This document shows positions 8,119 through 18,347 of a DNA stretch of 37,857 bases, piece after piece. Position numbers and translations under genes: made by a program. The first letter of the stretch is position 1. Every line of letters starts with the position of its first letter. The notes beneath the pieces were generated by a model. The model had not been told where the DNA came from. It did no database searches and was given only the letters and a program-made list of their open reading frames with translations. Source of the stretch: an uncultured Alistipes sp. (GTDB lineage Bacteria; Bacillota; Clostridia; Oscillospirales; Ruminococcaceae); assembly GCA_964616595.1 (NCBI GenBank), contig CAZTUV010000001.1:1-37857 (forward strand). Direction: 5' to 3'.

Positions 8119-10728
8119 ATGGAGTGGAAATCAGAACAATTTCATAAGCTTTGGGAACTTGTTGCTATTAATGGAGATTTAGATTGGTGTAGTAAGTTTC
8201 AAGAAATTATGCAGGAATATAATCCGTATAATCTTAAAAACCCACATCTTTCTTTTATACATGAAGATATGTTTTGGCTGTTGGCTCCGTTTTATAATTA
8301 TGTGAAATCAGAAACTGAAAAAGCTGTTTTTTCATATGGAATAACTCCTGACCCTTCTATTGGTGAAGAATTGCTTTACCAGACAGCACGATATATGCAT
8401 TATGCTGAAAAACAACTTTATCAACAAAAACATACTGAAAATGAAGATTTTATTCTGACCGTTGTTAATACGGCGGTCAGACATGAAATCGCTGAAAACC
8501 TTAAAACAGCGGATGGTTATTGGAAATTTGCTGTACAATTTCCAATGTGTATCCGTATATGTACATTAAGTGTTATGACGTATCTTGATGGTTTTTTCAG
8601 AATGTTAAAACGCATTACTTCTGATTTAGATGAAATTACTGAACACTTTAAGATTTTGCCACCATATCAGATATCTATAAAATCTTTAAACAGCGATTTT
8701 CATGCTGAATTGACAGGTGTTTATCAAATTCAGATTAATAATGTAAATATTGTATATAAAGGTCGTAGTATTCGTACTATGTCATTTTTAAAACGTATTT
8801 CAGCAATTTTAGATTTTGACGAAAAATGGATTCCGGACTTTTTAGAAAAAGATAATTATGGTTATATGGAATATATATTATCGCAATTTCCGGAAACATA
8901 CGAGGAAATAAATCTTTATTTTATTAATTGGGGAAAATTGCTGGCACTTTTTTATTTATTATCAAGCAGTGATTTGATAAACGAAAATATACAATCTGGT
9001 CGATATTGCCCCGTATGGCTTGATACCGAAACTTGCATACAGCCAGCTATTGAAAACAGTACTGATTTTGATAATAATGAAATATTGAAAATATTAAAAA
9101 ATGACTTGTTTGTATGTAATTTCAGAAAACAGAAGTTGGGTGCTTTAAGCAAAGATATAAAGAAAGTGCTGGAAATGAATAAACTTAATTTGAAACAGAT
9201 ATATTCTCGTATAAATTCAGGTTTTTCATCAATGTGGCAGAAAATTATTGCTTGTCGTCCAATGCTGATAAATGTTTTAGATGACGAAAGTTTTGGCGAT
9301 ATGTCTGTACGCTTTTTAATAAGAGGAACAGCTGTTTATCAGAAATTATGTGCCTCTTTTTATATGAAAAGTCAACTTTCAGACTTGGCGGGTTATTTAA
9401 AATATATTAATCAGCTTTATCGTGCCTTTCCAAAATCCTTGTCAAAAATTGCAGAATCAGAAAAAGATTCATTGCTTATGGGTAATATACCATTATTTTC
9501 TTGTAAGCTTGATTCACGGAACTTATATTTTAATAATAAACTGATTATACCATCATATTTTGTTTTTTCTCCATCAGAACGAATGAAACAACAAATTAAC
9601 AAAATGTCATTTCAGAGTATGAAGTATTCAGAACACATAATTGAACAATATATTAAAACTATTTTTTTATATGATAAATTGCCACAAAAAACAGAAATAG
9701 TTCCATTATTAACGTGTAATGATTCCAATGAAAAAATAAAATCCAGATGTGAAGATATTTTACATAAGATAGCTCATGAAATTAAATATAAAGCATTGCA
9801 GGCTTCAGACAAGAGTATTGTATGGACTTCACCTTATCAGGAATTGACGCTTACAAGTTATTCATTATTTTCAGGAACAGTAGGAACAGGCTTGTTTTTA
9901 GCATTGTATGGTAAATATTATAATGATTTTTCAGCAATAAAAATGGCTGAACATATATACATGAAAGTTTCAGAAAAAATATCTGTTATGAATGGTGTTT
10001 CTGATATTTCGTTTTCTGATGGATTCGCTGGAATTGTATATGGTATGTTCAGAATTTCGGAAATTCTTTCTATAAATAATAAATCTGTACTGCAAAAAGC
10101 AATTAAGATACTTGCAAGTTCTCCAATGATAGAAAATCAGGATTTTTATCAAGGAAATGCAGGTGTTATTTTTGTATTATCAAATTGTTGTTCAGATAAT
10201 CAGATAAAACGGTTAGTTGCAGATAAGGCAGAACAACTTTGTCACTGTATGCCTCTTGAAAATGATACTTTTTCACATGGAAATGCAGGTATTGCTTATT
10301 CTTTGCTTTCGGCTTATCAGTGTACAGGAAATATAGATTATTGCAAAAAAGCAATATCATTACTTTCAGATATACGCTTGGCAGAATATGAACAATATAG
10401 TATTTGCAGAGGATTAACGGGAATAGCTTATGCAGCAGCAAGTGCCCCTGAAGAAATGCAGACAATGGAAATTAAAAATATTATAAATAGTGCTTTGAAA
10501 AAGAATTCCGAATATGGTATGAAAAATAATGTTACACTTTGCTGTGGTGAATCAGGAATACTTTTGTTTCTGATGAAAATGAAAGCAATGGATATTGTTA
10601 AGAAACATTTTGCCATTTTGAATTATAATAAAGATGATGCTGATTTGTCACTTGCAGGCGGAAAATCAGGTTATGGACTGATGCTGTTATTATATATTTC
10701 CGAATATGGCAATGAAAAGGAGATTTGA
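8119..10728 (+). CDS. lanM: Class II lanthipeptide synthetase-like protein (DUF4135 dehydratase + LanC-like cyclase), divergent
   Basis: SDFH, IVYKGR, GYMEYI, DLINENI, DTET, RFLIRGTAVY and GNIPLF in the dehydratase; FSGTVG, SHGNAG, ICRG and LCCG in the cyclase. Confidence 0.85.
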   Translation: MEWKSEQFHKLWELVAINGDLDWCSKFQEIMQEYNPYNLKNPHLSFIHEDMFWLLAPFYNYVKSETEKAVFSYGITPDPSIGEELLYQTARYMHYAEKQLYQQKHTENEDFILTVVNTAVRHEIAENLKTADGYWKFAVQFPMCIRICTLSVMTYLDGFFRMLKRITSDLDEITEHFKILPPYQISIKSLNSDFHAELTGVYQIQINNVNIVYKGRSIRTMSFLKRISAILDFDEKWIPDFLEKDNYGYMEYILSQFPETYEEINLYFINWGKLLALFYLLSSSDLINENIQSGRYCPVWLDTETCIQPAIENSTDFDNNEILKILKNDLFVCNFRKQKLGALSKDIKKVLEMNKLNLKQIYSRINSGFSSMWQKIIACRPMLINVLDDESFGDMSVRFLIRGTAVYQKLCASFYMKSQLSDLAGYLKYINQLYRAFPKSLSKIAESEKDSLLMGNIPLFSCKLDSRNLYFNNKLIIPSYFVFSPSERMKQQINKMSFQSMKYSEHIIEQYIKTIFLYDKLPQKTEIVPLLTCNDSNEKIKSRCEDILHKIAHEIKYKALQASDKSIVWTSPYQELTLTSYSLFSGTVGTGLFLALYGKYYNDFSAIKMAEHIYMKVSEKISVMNGVSDISFSDGFAGIVYGMFRISEILSINNKSVLQKAIKILASSPMIENQDFYQGNAGVIFVLSNCCSDNQIKRLVADKAEQLCHCMPLENDTFSHGNAGIAYSLLSAYQCTGNIDYCKKAISLLSDIRLAEYEQYSICRGLTGIAYAAASAPEEMQTMEIKNIINSALKKNSEYGMKNNVTLCCGESGILLFLMKMKAMDIVKKHFAILNYNKDDADLSLAGGKSGYGLMLLLYISEYGNEKEI

Positions 10729-10729
10729 T

Positions 10730-11635
10730 ATGATATTGAAGCAAATAAGTGCTTTGGAATTTATTATGTTCTATGGAAAATCTTTTCCTGCAATTGCAAG
10801 ATATTACAGCAGAAAAATGAGTCCGAAAGATTTATTATTTCTCATGACAGATGAAAATAGAGAAGTTGGGGTTGCAATAATAAAACAATGTGCCGATTCA
10901 ACCGAAATGGAACTTGTTTATATTTATGTAGCACAGGATTATCGGGGAAAAGGCTATGGAAGCTGGTTTTTTAAAAGCATAGTCAATGAACTCATAAAAA
11001 GAAATGTTAAGATATGTTATACAAGGACGGTATTAAAAGATGAAAGTCTTATATATGTGTTTCAGAAATGGGGATTTAAGCCCGATTCTGAAAGTATTAT
11101 TGTAAGATGTAATGTGGATAGTGAAAATATAGAAAAATGGAAATTATATTCATCTGAACGTAAAAAATATATCGAAAAATGGCAAGCTTTTAATAAAATT
11201 AAAACGATTTCTTTTTCTCAGGCTGATTCATCAATGTTAAACTATATTTATGATATGAAACATAACGATTTTCCAAAGGAATTGAATTCATCATTTATAG
11301 CATATGGAAATTGTGGTGACTTGGTTCCGGAATTAAGTTTTATTTCTTGCAATGAACAAGTACCCTTAGCATATACAATGGTAACAAAGGCAGATAAAAA
11401 TTCTCTGGTGTTTGCACAAATAAGTACTGCGGAAAAATGGAAAGGAACAGGGGTGTTTGCAGGAGCTTTTTTTAATTCAATGGACGAAATACTTAAAAGT
11501 AATTATCATATAGTCAGTTACACCGTTATGTCTGATAATAAGACTATGCTTAATCTTATTTCGTCAATGTTTTCGTGTCTGACACTGACAGAAGGACGTC
11601 AGATTTATTGGAGTAAAATAATTGGAAAGGAATGA
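10730..11635 (+). CDS. GNAT-family N-acyltransferase (probably tandem GNAT)
   Basis: YIYVAQDYRGKGYG (motif A) and a second STAEKWKGTGV; AAGGAG supports ATG 10730. Confidence 0.85.
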   Translation: MILKQISALEFIMFYGKSFPAIARYYSRKMSPKDLLFLMTDENREVGVAIIKQCADSTEMELVYIYVAQDYRGKGYGSWFFKSIVNELIKRNVKICYTRTVLKDESLIYVFQKWGFKPDSESIIVRCNVDSENIEKWKLYSSERKKYIEKWQAFNKIKTISFSQADSSMLNYIYDMKHNDFPKELNSSFIAYGNCGDLVPELSFISCNEQVPLAYTMVTKADKNSLVFAQISTAEKWKGTGVFAGAFFNSMDEILKSNYHIVSYTVMSDNKTMLNLISSMFSCLTLTEGRQIYWSKIIGKE

Positions 11636-11644
11636 AAATAGTAT

Positions 11645-13279
11645 ATGGCTGAAATTTATCGTAAATCTTCATTAGAACGGTTATCTTCTCCGGAACAGCT
11701 GGATAAAATGATAAAAATTACATCACCATCATTATGGATTTCATTTATTGGAATTATTGCAGTTGTTATTTCAGTAATTATTTGGGCAGTTTTTGGTTCG
11801 TTACCAGAAAATTTAAGGATTTCAGGTGTTTACACAGACCAGAATTCAACTTATTATGTATTTTCAAGTGGTACAGGCGAAATTGCGGATTTATATCTGG
11901 AGGTCGGAGATACAATATCTAAAGGTGATATTATTGCAGAATTATATGACCAGGATACCGAAATTCAGCTTACTGCCTTGAAAAAAAGTATGTCCGATGT
12001 GAATTCTGTAACTTTGACCAGTACCGATGATGTGGCTACTAATGATACAGCATCATTACTTGAAATAAAAGTACAATTTGATTCTTTGGATTTATCTTAT
12101 TTTAGTGCGGTGGAACAGTTTGAATCATGCAAGACCGCTTATGAAGAACAAGAACAAGAAACAGAGCGTTTGAGAATAGAAATGGAAACGGCTGAACAAA
12201 AATATCTGAATTGTCTTTCTGATAACAGTTATAATGTTACTTACTATGATTATCAGAAAGCACAAAGCGAATATTCTGTTGCTTCAAGTGAATACGAACA
12301 GGCAAAGTCGGAAATGAGTCAGATAGAAAGTGTCTTTGAAACATTGTCAGAGGAAGAACGTGTTTATTATCAGGCTCAGTATGATGAAATACAAAGCAAT
12401 CTTTGGAATGCAGAAGATAACTATAATAACAAAAAATCAGATTATGAGTTTAAAGAATCGGAATATCAGACAGCTTATGAAAATCAGAGTTCCCAGAGTG
12501 CAGAGGAAATAAGTCTGTCAAATGCATTTTCTATGGCAAGTTCCTATTATTCAAATGCATATAGTACATTGATTTCTTTGAAAAGTCAATTAGTCAGCTC
12601 ACAATTAAATGTTGAACTTGAAAAAAGTAATCTGAATGCAACAACGCTTCAGTTGCAGAAACAATTTGATGCTACTAAGGAATCTACTATCAGTGCCTTG
12701 AAAGAACAGATTTCACAGCTGGAAGAAATGCAGGAGTATATGACAATAGTATCACCATATAATGGTACTGTTACTGGTATGTATGTGCAACAGGGACAAT
12801 CTATATCACAAGGTTCACAGGTTTTAAAGATTAAGCAGAATGAAACAGATAAAAAAGATAATATAATCCTTTGTTATGTTCCTCTCGAAAGTGCTAAAAA
12901 AATTGAGGTCGGCATGAAAGTTATTGCAACACCATCTACCGTTGATGAACAGGAATACGGTCATATGACTGGTAAGGTGCTTTCTGTTAATGAATATTGT
13001 ACAGATACTCAGGAAATGCTTATGAAACTCGGCGATGAATTACTTGTTAATTCTTTTCAACAATCAGGGCCTGTTATTGAAGTTATAATTGAACTGGATA
13101 CAGATACATCTACTGCAAACGGTTACGCCTGGTCTAATAAAAAAGGCAGTCAGCTGACTTTAACAGAAAATACAATGATAAGTCTTAAAATAGTTGTAGA
13201 TGAGAATCCACCAATTTCAAAGCTGATTCCAACAATTAAGAAGTTTTTGGCTGGTGAAACAAAATCTGAACAGCAATAA
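11645..13279 (+). CDS. NHLP bacteriocin system secretion protein (HlyD/membrane-fusion family)
   Basis: Characteristic N-terminus IYRKSSLERLSSPEQLD, one TM, long coiled coil, IVSPYNGTV, EYGHMTGKV, GYAWS. Confidence 0.9.
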   Translation: MAEIYRKSSLERLSSPEQLDKMIKITSPSLWISFIGIIAVVISVIIWAVFGSLPENLRISGVYTDQNSTYYVFSSGTGEIADLYLEVGDTISKGDIIAELYDQDTEIQLTALKKSMSDVNSVTLTSTDDVATNDTASLLEIKVQFDSLDLSYFSAVEQFESCKTAYEEQEQETERLRIEMETAEQKYLNCLSDNSYNVTYYDYQKAQSEYSVASSEYEQAKSEMSQIESVFETLSEEERVYYQAQYDEIQSNLWNAEDNYNNKKSDYEFKESEYQTAYENQSSQSAEEISLSNAFSMASSYYSNAYSTLISLKSQLVSSQLNVELEKSNLNATTLQLQKQFDATKESTISALKEQISQLEEMQEYMTIVSPYNGTVTGMYVQQGQSISQGSQVLKIKQNETDKKDNIILCYVPLESAKKIEVGMKVIATPSTVDEQEYGHMTGKVLSVNEYCTDTQEMLMKLGDELLVNSFQQSGPVIEVIIELDTDTSTANGYAWSNKKGSQLTLTENTMISLKIVVDENPPISKLIPTIKKFLAGETKSEQQ

Positions 13280-13302
13280 TTCTGGCAGGAGGATATTATC
13301 AG

Positions 13303-15456
13303 GTGAAAAAGAAAACATATGTTAAAACGCCTACCATTTATCAGATGGAAGGAACAGAATGTGGTGCTGCTTCTTTATCTATGATTATGGCATACTATGG
13401 GAAACATGTACCTTTAGACAAAGTACGTGTTGATACTGGTGTCAGCCGTGATGGGTGTAAGGCAAGCAAGATTTTGCAAGGTGCAAGAAAATATGGATTT
13501 GAAACATCTGGTCGGCGTATGTCTATTAACGCACTCATGGAAGAAACTCAGACACCTTGCATAATTCACTGGAATTTCAATCATTTTGTAGTGTATGAGG
13601 GAATAAAACATGGTTATGCCTATATCAACGACCCGGCACAGGGAAGAAGAAAACTGACCCTTAAAGAACTTGATGAGGGATTTACAGGTGTTGTTTTGAA
13701 ATTCAAGCCAACTGGTGATTTTGTTAAAGAAAAGAAAAAAGATAGTCTTTTCGGGTTTGTTCAGGAACGCCTTAAAGGTCAAAAGCTTATATTGATATAT
13801 TTGATTTTGATTGGATTGTGTTTAATTGTACCTGGTTTGCTTAGTCCTGTTTTTACACAGATTTTCACAGATGATATTTTGGTGAAAGGCAACAAAGAAT
13901 GGTTATTGATTCTTTTGATTGCAATGATGGCAAGTTCAATTTTTAATGCAGGTTTTACTTTTTATCGTAATATGATTCTTCAAAAACTTTCAAATAAAAT
14001 GTCGTTATTGTCAGGACATAAGTTTATTTCACATATGATGCGTTTGCCAATGTCATTTTTTGACCAGCGTTTTGCAGGAGATTTGGCAGAACGTGTTAAT
14101 AACAACAATAAGGTATGTGAATTTATTACCGGTGATATGGCACGCAATATTTTAAATATTTTTGTTTCGTTGTTTTATTTGATATTACTTTTATTATATA
14201 GTCCGGTATTGACTTTTATTGGTATATGTAATATTATTATTAATTTTTTCATTATCAAATTGACATCAGATAAACTTTCCACGTCTATGATGAAAGTGCT
14301 TCAAGATGAGGGAAAATTAAGTGGTGTGCTTGTTTCGGGAATAGGTATGATTGATACTCTCAAAGCATCGGGTGTGGAAAGTGATTATTCCGGTCGTGTA
14401 TTGGGAAATTACGCTAAATCTACTCGTATGGAACAGGAATATGGTAAATTACAGCAGATATTGAATTCCATTCCACAAGTAACCAATCAGATTTCCAATA
14501 TTCTGGTTATGATGCTGGGTGGATATATGGTAATTAACGGAAGTCTGACAGTGGGAATGTTAGTAGCATTCAATTCTCTATTGAGTTCCTTTATTACACC
14601 TGTAAATGAACTGATTACTTTTGTACAGAAAATACAGGAAGTTAAAGCGGATATGAGTCGTGTAGACGATATACTTCATTATGAAAAAGACCCTATTTTT
14701 AAAATGGAAAAAAAGGACGAAATAGGCATACAAAAGCTTAGCGGTGATATTCAGCTTAGAAATATTTCTTTTGGGTACAGCAGACTTGAAAAACCTCTGG
14801 TAGAAGACTTTAGCTTTCATTTAAAGAGTGGTAAAAGTATTGCATTTGTAGGAGCGTCAGGTTGTGGTAAATCTACAGTATCTAAAATTATCAGTGGTCT
14901 TTATCTGCCGTGGGACGGGAAAATTTTAGTAGATGGCGTTGATATGAACGAAATTCAGCCTGAAATTATTAGTAGTTCTATTTCAACTGTAAGTCAGGAA
15001 GTTACTATCTTTGAAGGTACTATTAAAGAAAATCTTACAATGTGGAATAAAACCATTCGTGATGAAGATATAATTGCAGCAGCTAAAGACGCATGTATTC
15101 ACGATATGATAACTAAAAAGGACAACGCTTATGATTATGTATTGTCAGAAGGCGGTACTAATATAAGTGGAGGTCAGCGTCAACGTTTAGAAATTGCACG
15201 TGCATTGGTAACAAATCCGACTATTCTTATAATGGACGAAGCAACAAGTGCATTAGATGCAATTACAGAAAAGCAGATTATCGATAATATAAAACGACGT
15301 GCATGTACTTGTATTATTGTTGCCCACAGGCTTAGTGCGATTCGTGACTGCGATGAAATTATTGTAATGGAACATGGTAAAATTGTACAGAAAGGTACAC
15401 ACGAAAGTTTAATGAATGAGTCGGGTCATTATCAGAATCTTATTAAAAATATATAA
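13303..15456 (+). CDS. NHLP export ABC transporter with C39 peptidase (peptidase/permease/ATPase)
   Basis: QMEGTECGAASL, HWNFNHFVV, NDPAQG; Walker A GASGCGKST; ISGGQRQR; DEATSALD. Confidence 0.93.
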   Translation: MKKKTYVKTPTIYQMEGTECGAASLSMIMAYYGKHVPLDKVRVDTGVSRDGCKASKILQGARKYGFETSGRRMSINALMEETQTPCIIHWNFNHFVVYEGIKHGYAYINDPAQGRRKLTLKELDEGFTGVVLKFKPTGDFVKEKKKDSLFGFVQERLKGQKLILIYLILIGLCLIVPGLLSPVFTQIFTDDILVKGNKEWLLILLIAMMASSIFNAGFTFYRNMILQKLSNKMSLLSGHKFISHMMRLPMSFFDQRFAGDLAERVNNNNKVCEFITGDMARNILNIFVSLFYLILLLLYSPVLTFIGICNIIINFFIIKLTSDKLSTSMMKVLQDEGKLSGVLVSGIGMIDTLKASGVESDYSGRVLGNYAKSTRMEQEYGKLQQILNSIPQVTNQISNILVMMLGGYMVINGSLTVGMLVAFNSLLSSFITPVNELITFVQKIQEVKADMSRVDDILHYEKDPIFKMEKKDEIGIQKLSGDIQLRNISFGYSRLEKPLVEDFSFHLKSGKSIAFVGASGCGKSTVSKIISGLYLPWDGKILVDGVDMNEIQPEIISSSISTVSQEVTIFEGTIKENLTMWNKTIRDEDIIAAAKDACIHDMITKKDNAYDYVLSEGGTNISGGQRQRLEIARALVTNPTILIMDEATSALDAITEKQIIDNIKRRACTCIIVAHRLSAIRDCDEIIVMEHGKIVQKGTHESLMNESGHYQNLIKNI

Positions 15457-15470
15457 AGGAGGGAACAAAA

Positions 15471-18026
15471 GTGAAAGAAATTACATTGAGTAAAACTGCT
15501 TATTATATGACTTTAAACCCTCTTTGTAACTATTATGTGAATGATGGAAAAATATTTCTTTATGCTGTAAGATTAGATTCGCAAGGAGAACCTGGACGAC
15601 GTTTCTTTATGTGTGAATTGCATAAGGGAGAAATGTTTCCTGCTATGTATATTGACAGTGAGATACTTGGTAACTGGACTTTTATGATTTCGGCGGCCGG
15701 AGAGGGAAGTATCTATGAAAATGAAAGCTATTCTGAAGAAATTATTTTGAAATTCGCAAAGGAAAAATTAAAGATATGTTTGTTTTCTTCAGAGGAATTT
15801 GCAGAAGAAGTTGTGGAAAAAGTCAATGTTATATTGATTAAGGAAGAAGGAGGAATTTATTCAGCTACACAAGAACAGGAAAAGTCTTATGAAAAAAGTT
15901 TGACATTGATTTATAATTTATTTCATAGGAAAAAGCGGATTTCTCAGGCAGATAAAAGTAATTATCCTATTTATGATGCGGTTTCCTTTTTATGTGCAAA
16001 GCAGAATATTCATGTTGCATCTTATGATAACTTAAAAGATGCCTGCGGACGAAAATTCACAATACAGGATATTGCACGTGTTTCTCATTTTACTTGTAGG
16101 AAAATTATTCTGGAAGAAAACTGGTTTAATCATGATTCTGGGGCATTTATTGCTTTTACCACTGAAGGTAAGCCAGTAGTGTGTATTCCTAAGGGAACAT
16201 CTAAATATACAATTTATTATATCGGACAGAATGACAGTACAGGGAAAACAGTTACATATAAAATAGCAAAGGAATTATCTCCTGAAGCTTATATGATTTA
16301 TAAACCATTGCCAAATAAAAAATTAAATGCTTTTGATTTGATAAAGTTTGGTTGTGAAAGTATTTGCAAAAGTGATATCTTAAATGTATTGTTATTTTCA
16401 TTGTTAAGTACTATTATAGGCTTACTTGTTCCTTATCTGAATCAGAAAATTTTTGATGATTATATTAATACAGGTGATACAAATGCACTTTTTGAAACAT
16501 GTATGCTAATACTTGTATTTTCGGTTTCAAATCTTAGTTTTATAATTGTAAAAAATATTGCATTATTTCGTTCGACTAACACCATGGAATATACTGCTCA
16601 GAGTGCTGTATTTGACAGATTATATAATATGCCAAGTAGTTTTTATCATAATTATAGCAGTGTAGACCTTGCTAAAAGGGCAACAGGTGTAGGAACTATT
16701 TTCAATGTTATTTCAAATACAGTTGTTTCTACGCTTCTGACAGCCATTTGTTCTGTTATGTATCTTGTCAGAATGGTAACATATTCCGGACAACTTGCAA
16801 TAGCCGGAGTTGGTCTGGTTTTGCTCAATATGCTGATTGTCGGTGTCATAGGTACAATACAGATAAAATATGAAAAGCAATTGATTGAAATTAACTCTAA
16901 AACATCTTCTGTTATGTATCAGTTGATAGGAGGAATTTCCAAAATTCGTATTGCGGGTGTTGAAAACCGTGCTTTATTGCAGTATCTTGAACCATATGGA
17001 GAATTTAAAAAAGTTACTATTAAAAAAGAACAATTGAATAATCTGGCACAAAATTTAAATATTGTTTTATCGACACTCTTTAACGTTGTTTTCTATTATA
17101 TTATGGTAAAAAAGAATCTTTCAATATCCTTTGGTGTGTTTATGGGATTTATGTCAGCATTTGGTTCGTTTTCAGCTGCTATGATACAGGTGGTTGTTGC
17201 TTATCTTGATGTTAATCATATTATACCGTTATTTGAAAGAGCCAAGCCACTTCTGGAAAATACACAGGAATTTAGTGAAGATTGTATTATGCCCGGAAAA
17301 ATTGAAGGCGATATTGAACTTTCAAATGTGTCATTCAGATATAATGCAGATGAGCCAATGGTTCTCAATGACGTTTCATTAAACATAAAGTCAGGAGAAT
17401 ATGTTGGAATCGTAGGTGAATCTGGTTGTGGTAAATCAACGTTACTAAAGTTGCTGCTTGGATTTGAAAAGCCAACTCTTGGAAAAATATACTATGATTC
17501 CAAAGATATTGATAGTTTTGATAAACGTGAACTTAGAAAACGATTTGGTGTGGTATTGCAGGACAGTAAACTTATAAGTGGCAGTATTTATGAAAACATT
17601 ACTATTACAAGTGGTGACTTGCCAGTCAATATGGTAAATGATGTTGTAAAGGCGGTCGGACTGGAAAAGGATATTAAACAAATGCCTATGCAATTACATA
17701 CAGTTGTTTCAGATGGTGGCGGAACTATTTCAGGTGGTCAGAGACAAAGAATTTTAATTGCAAGAGCAATTGTAAATAAACCTAATATTTTGTTTTTTGA
17801 TGAGGCTACCAGTGCTTTGGATAATGTAAATCAAGCTTTGGTTTGCGAAAGTCTTGAAAAACTTAAAGCTACCCGTATTGTTATTGCACATCGTTTAAGT
17901 ACAATCATAAATTGTGACAGGATACTTGTTATGGCTAATGGAAAAATAGTGGAACAGGGAACATACGATGAACTGATGAAACTTAAAGGAAGATTTTATC
18001 AGTTGGCAGTTCGTCAAAGTACTTAA
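15471..18026 (+). CDS. NHLP export ABC transporter permease/ATPase (second subunit, no C39 catalytic motif)
   Basis: WFNHDSGAFIAF region, TM domain, GESGCGKST, ISGGQRQR, DEATSALD. Confidence 0.9.
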   Translation: MKEITLSKTAYYMTLNPLCNYYVNDGKIFLYAVRLDSQGEPGRRFFMCELHKGEMFPAMYIDSEILGNWTFMISAAGEGSIYENESYSEEIILKFAKEKLKICLFSSEEFAEEVVEKVNVILIKEEGGIYSATQEQEKSYEKSLTLIYNLFHRKKRISQADKSNYPIYDAVSFLCAKQNIHVASYDNLKDACGRKFTIQDIARVSHFTCRKIILEENWFNHDSGAFIAFTTEGKPVVCIPKGTSKYTIYYIGQNDSTGKTVTYKIAKELSPEAYMIYKPLPNKKLNAFDLIKFGCESICKSDILNVLLFSLLSTIIGLLVPYLNQKIFDDYINTGDTNALFETCMLILVFSVSNLSFIIVKNIALFRSTNTMEYTAQSAVFDRLYNMPSSFYHNYSSVDLAKRATGVGTIFNVISNTVVSTLLTAICSVMYLVRMVTYSGQLAIAGVGLVLLNMLIVGVIGTIQIKYEKQLIEINSKTSSVMYQLIGGISKIRIAGVENRALLQYLEPYGEFKKVTIKKEQLNNLAQNLNIVLSTLFNVVFYYIMVKKNLSISFGVFMGFMSAFGSFSAAMIQVVVAYLDVNHIIPLFERAKPLLENTQEFSEDCIMPGKIEGDIELSNVSFRYNADEPMVLNDVSLNIKSGEYVGIVGESGCGKSTLLKLLLGFEKPTLGKIYYDSKDIDSFDKRELRKRFGVVLQDSKLISGSIYENITITSGDLPVNMVNDVVKAVGLEKDIKQMPMQLHTVVSDGGGTISGGQRQRILIARAIVNKPNILFFDEATSALDNVNQALVCESLEKLKATRIVIAHRLSTIINCDRILVMANGKIVEQGTYDELMKLKGRFYQLAVRQST

Positions 18027-18073
18027 GCTGTGTTTATAAAAATATTATTAATTGCATGAAAGGAATATGTCGT

Positions 18074-18346
18074 ATGAATATTAAAGAAAAAATTTTAAAT
18101 AAGATTTTGGAAATCGCTGAGCTGGAAGATGACTTTGAAGCACAAAATTTCCCATATGATGCACCATTGTTTGAAGGCAGGGAAGTTGCTGATAAACCAT
18201 GTCTTAATCTTGATTCTATTATGACTCTGGAACTTGCTGTTGTGGTAATGGAAGAGTTTGGCGTTAAAATAGATGATAAAGATATCAGAACATTAAATAC
18301 AGTGGACGATATTGCCAACTATATTACAGGAAAGCAGGAAAATTAA
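18074..18346 (+). CDS. Acyl carrier protein
   Basis: LDSIMTLEL phosphopantetheine Ser, EEFGVKI, TVDDIANYI; start is 18056 or 18074. Confidence 0.88.
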   Translation: MNIKEKILNKILEIAELEDDFEAQNFPYDAPLFEGREVADKPCLNLDSIMTLELAVVVMEEFGVKIDDKDIRTLNTVDDIANYITGKQEN

Positions 18347-18347
18347 C

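Noticed and set aside
11645..13279. HlyD-like protein in a Gram-positive-type genome as a novelty
   Set aside because: It is a standard member of the three-gene NHLP export cassette.
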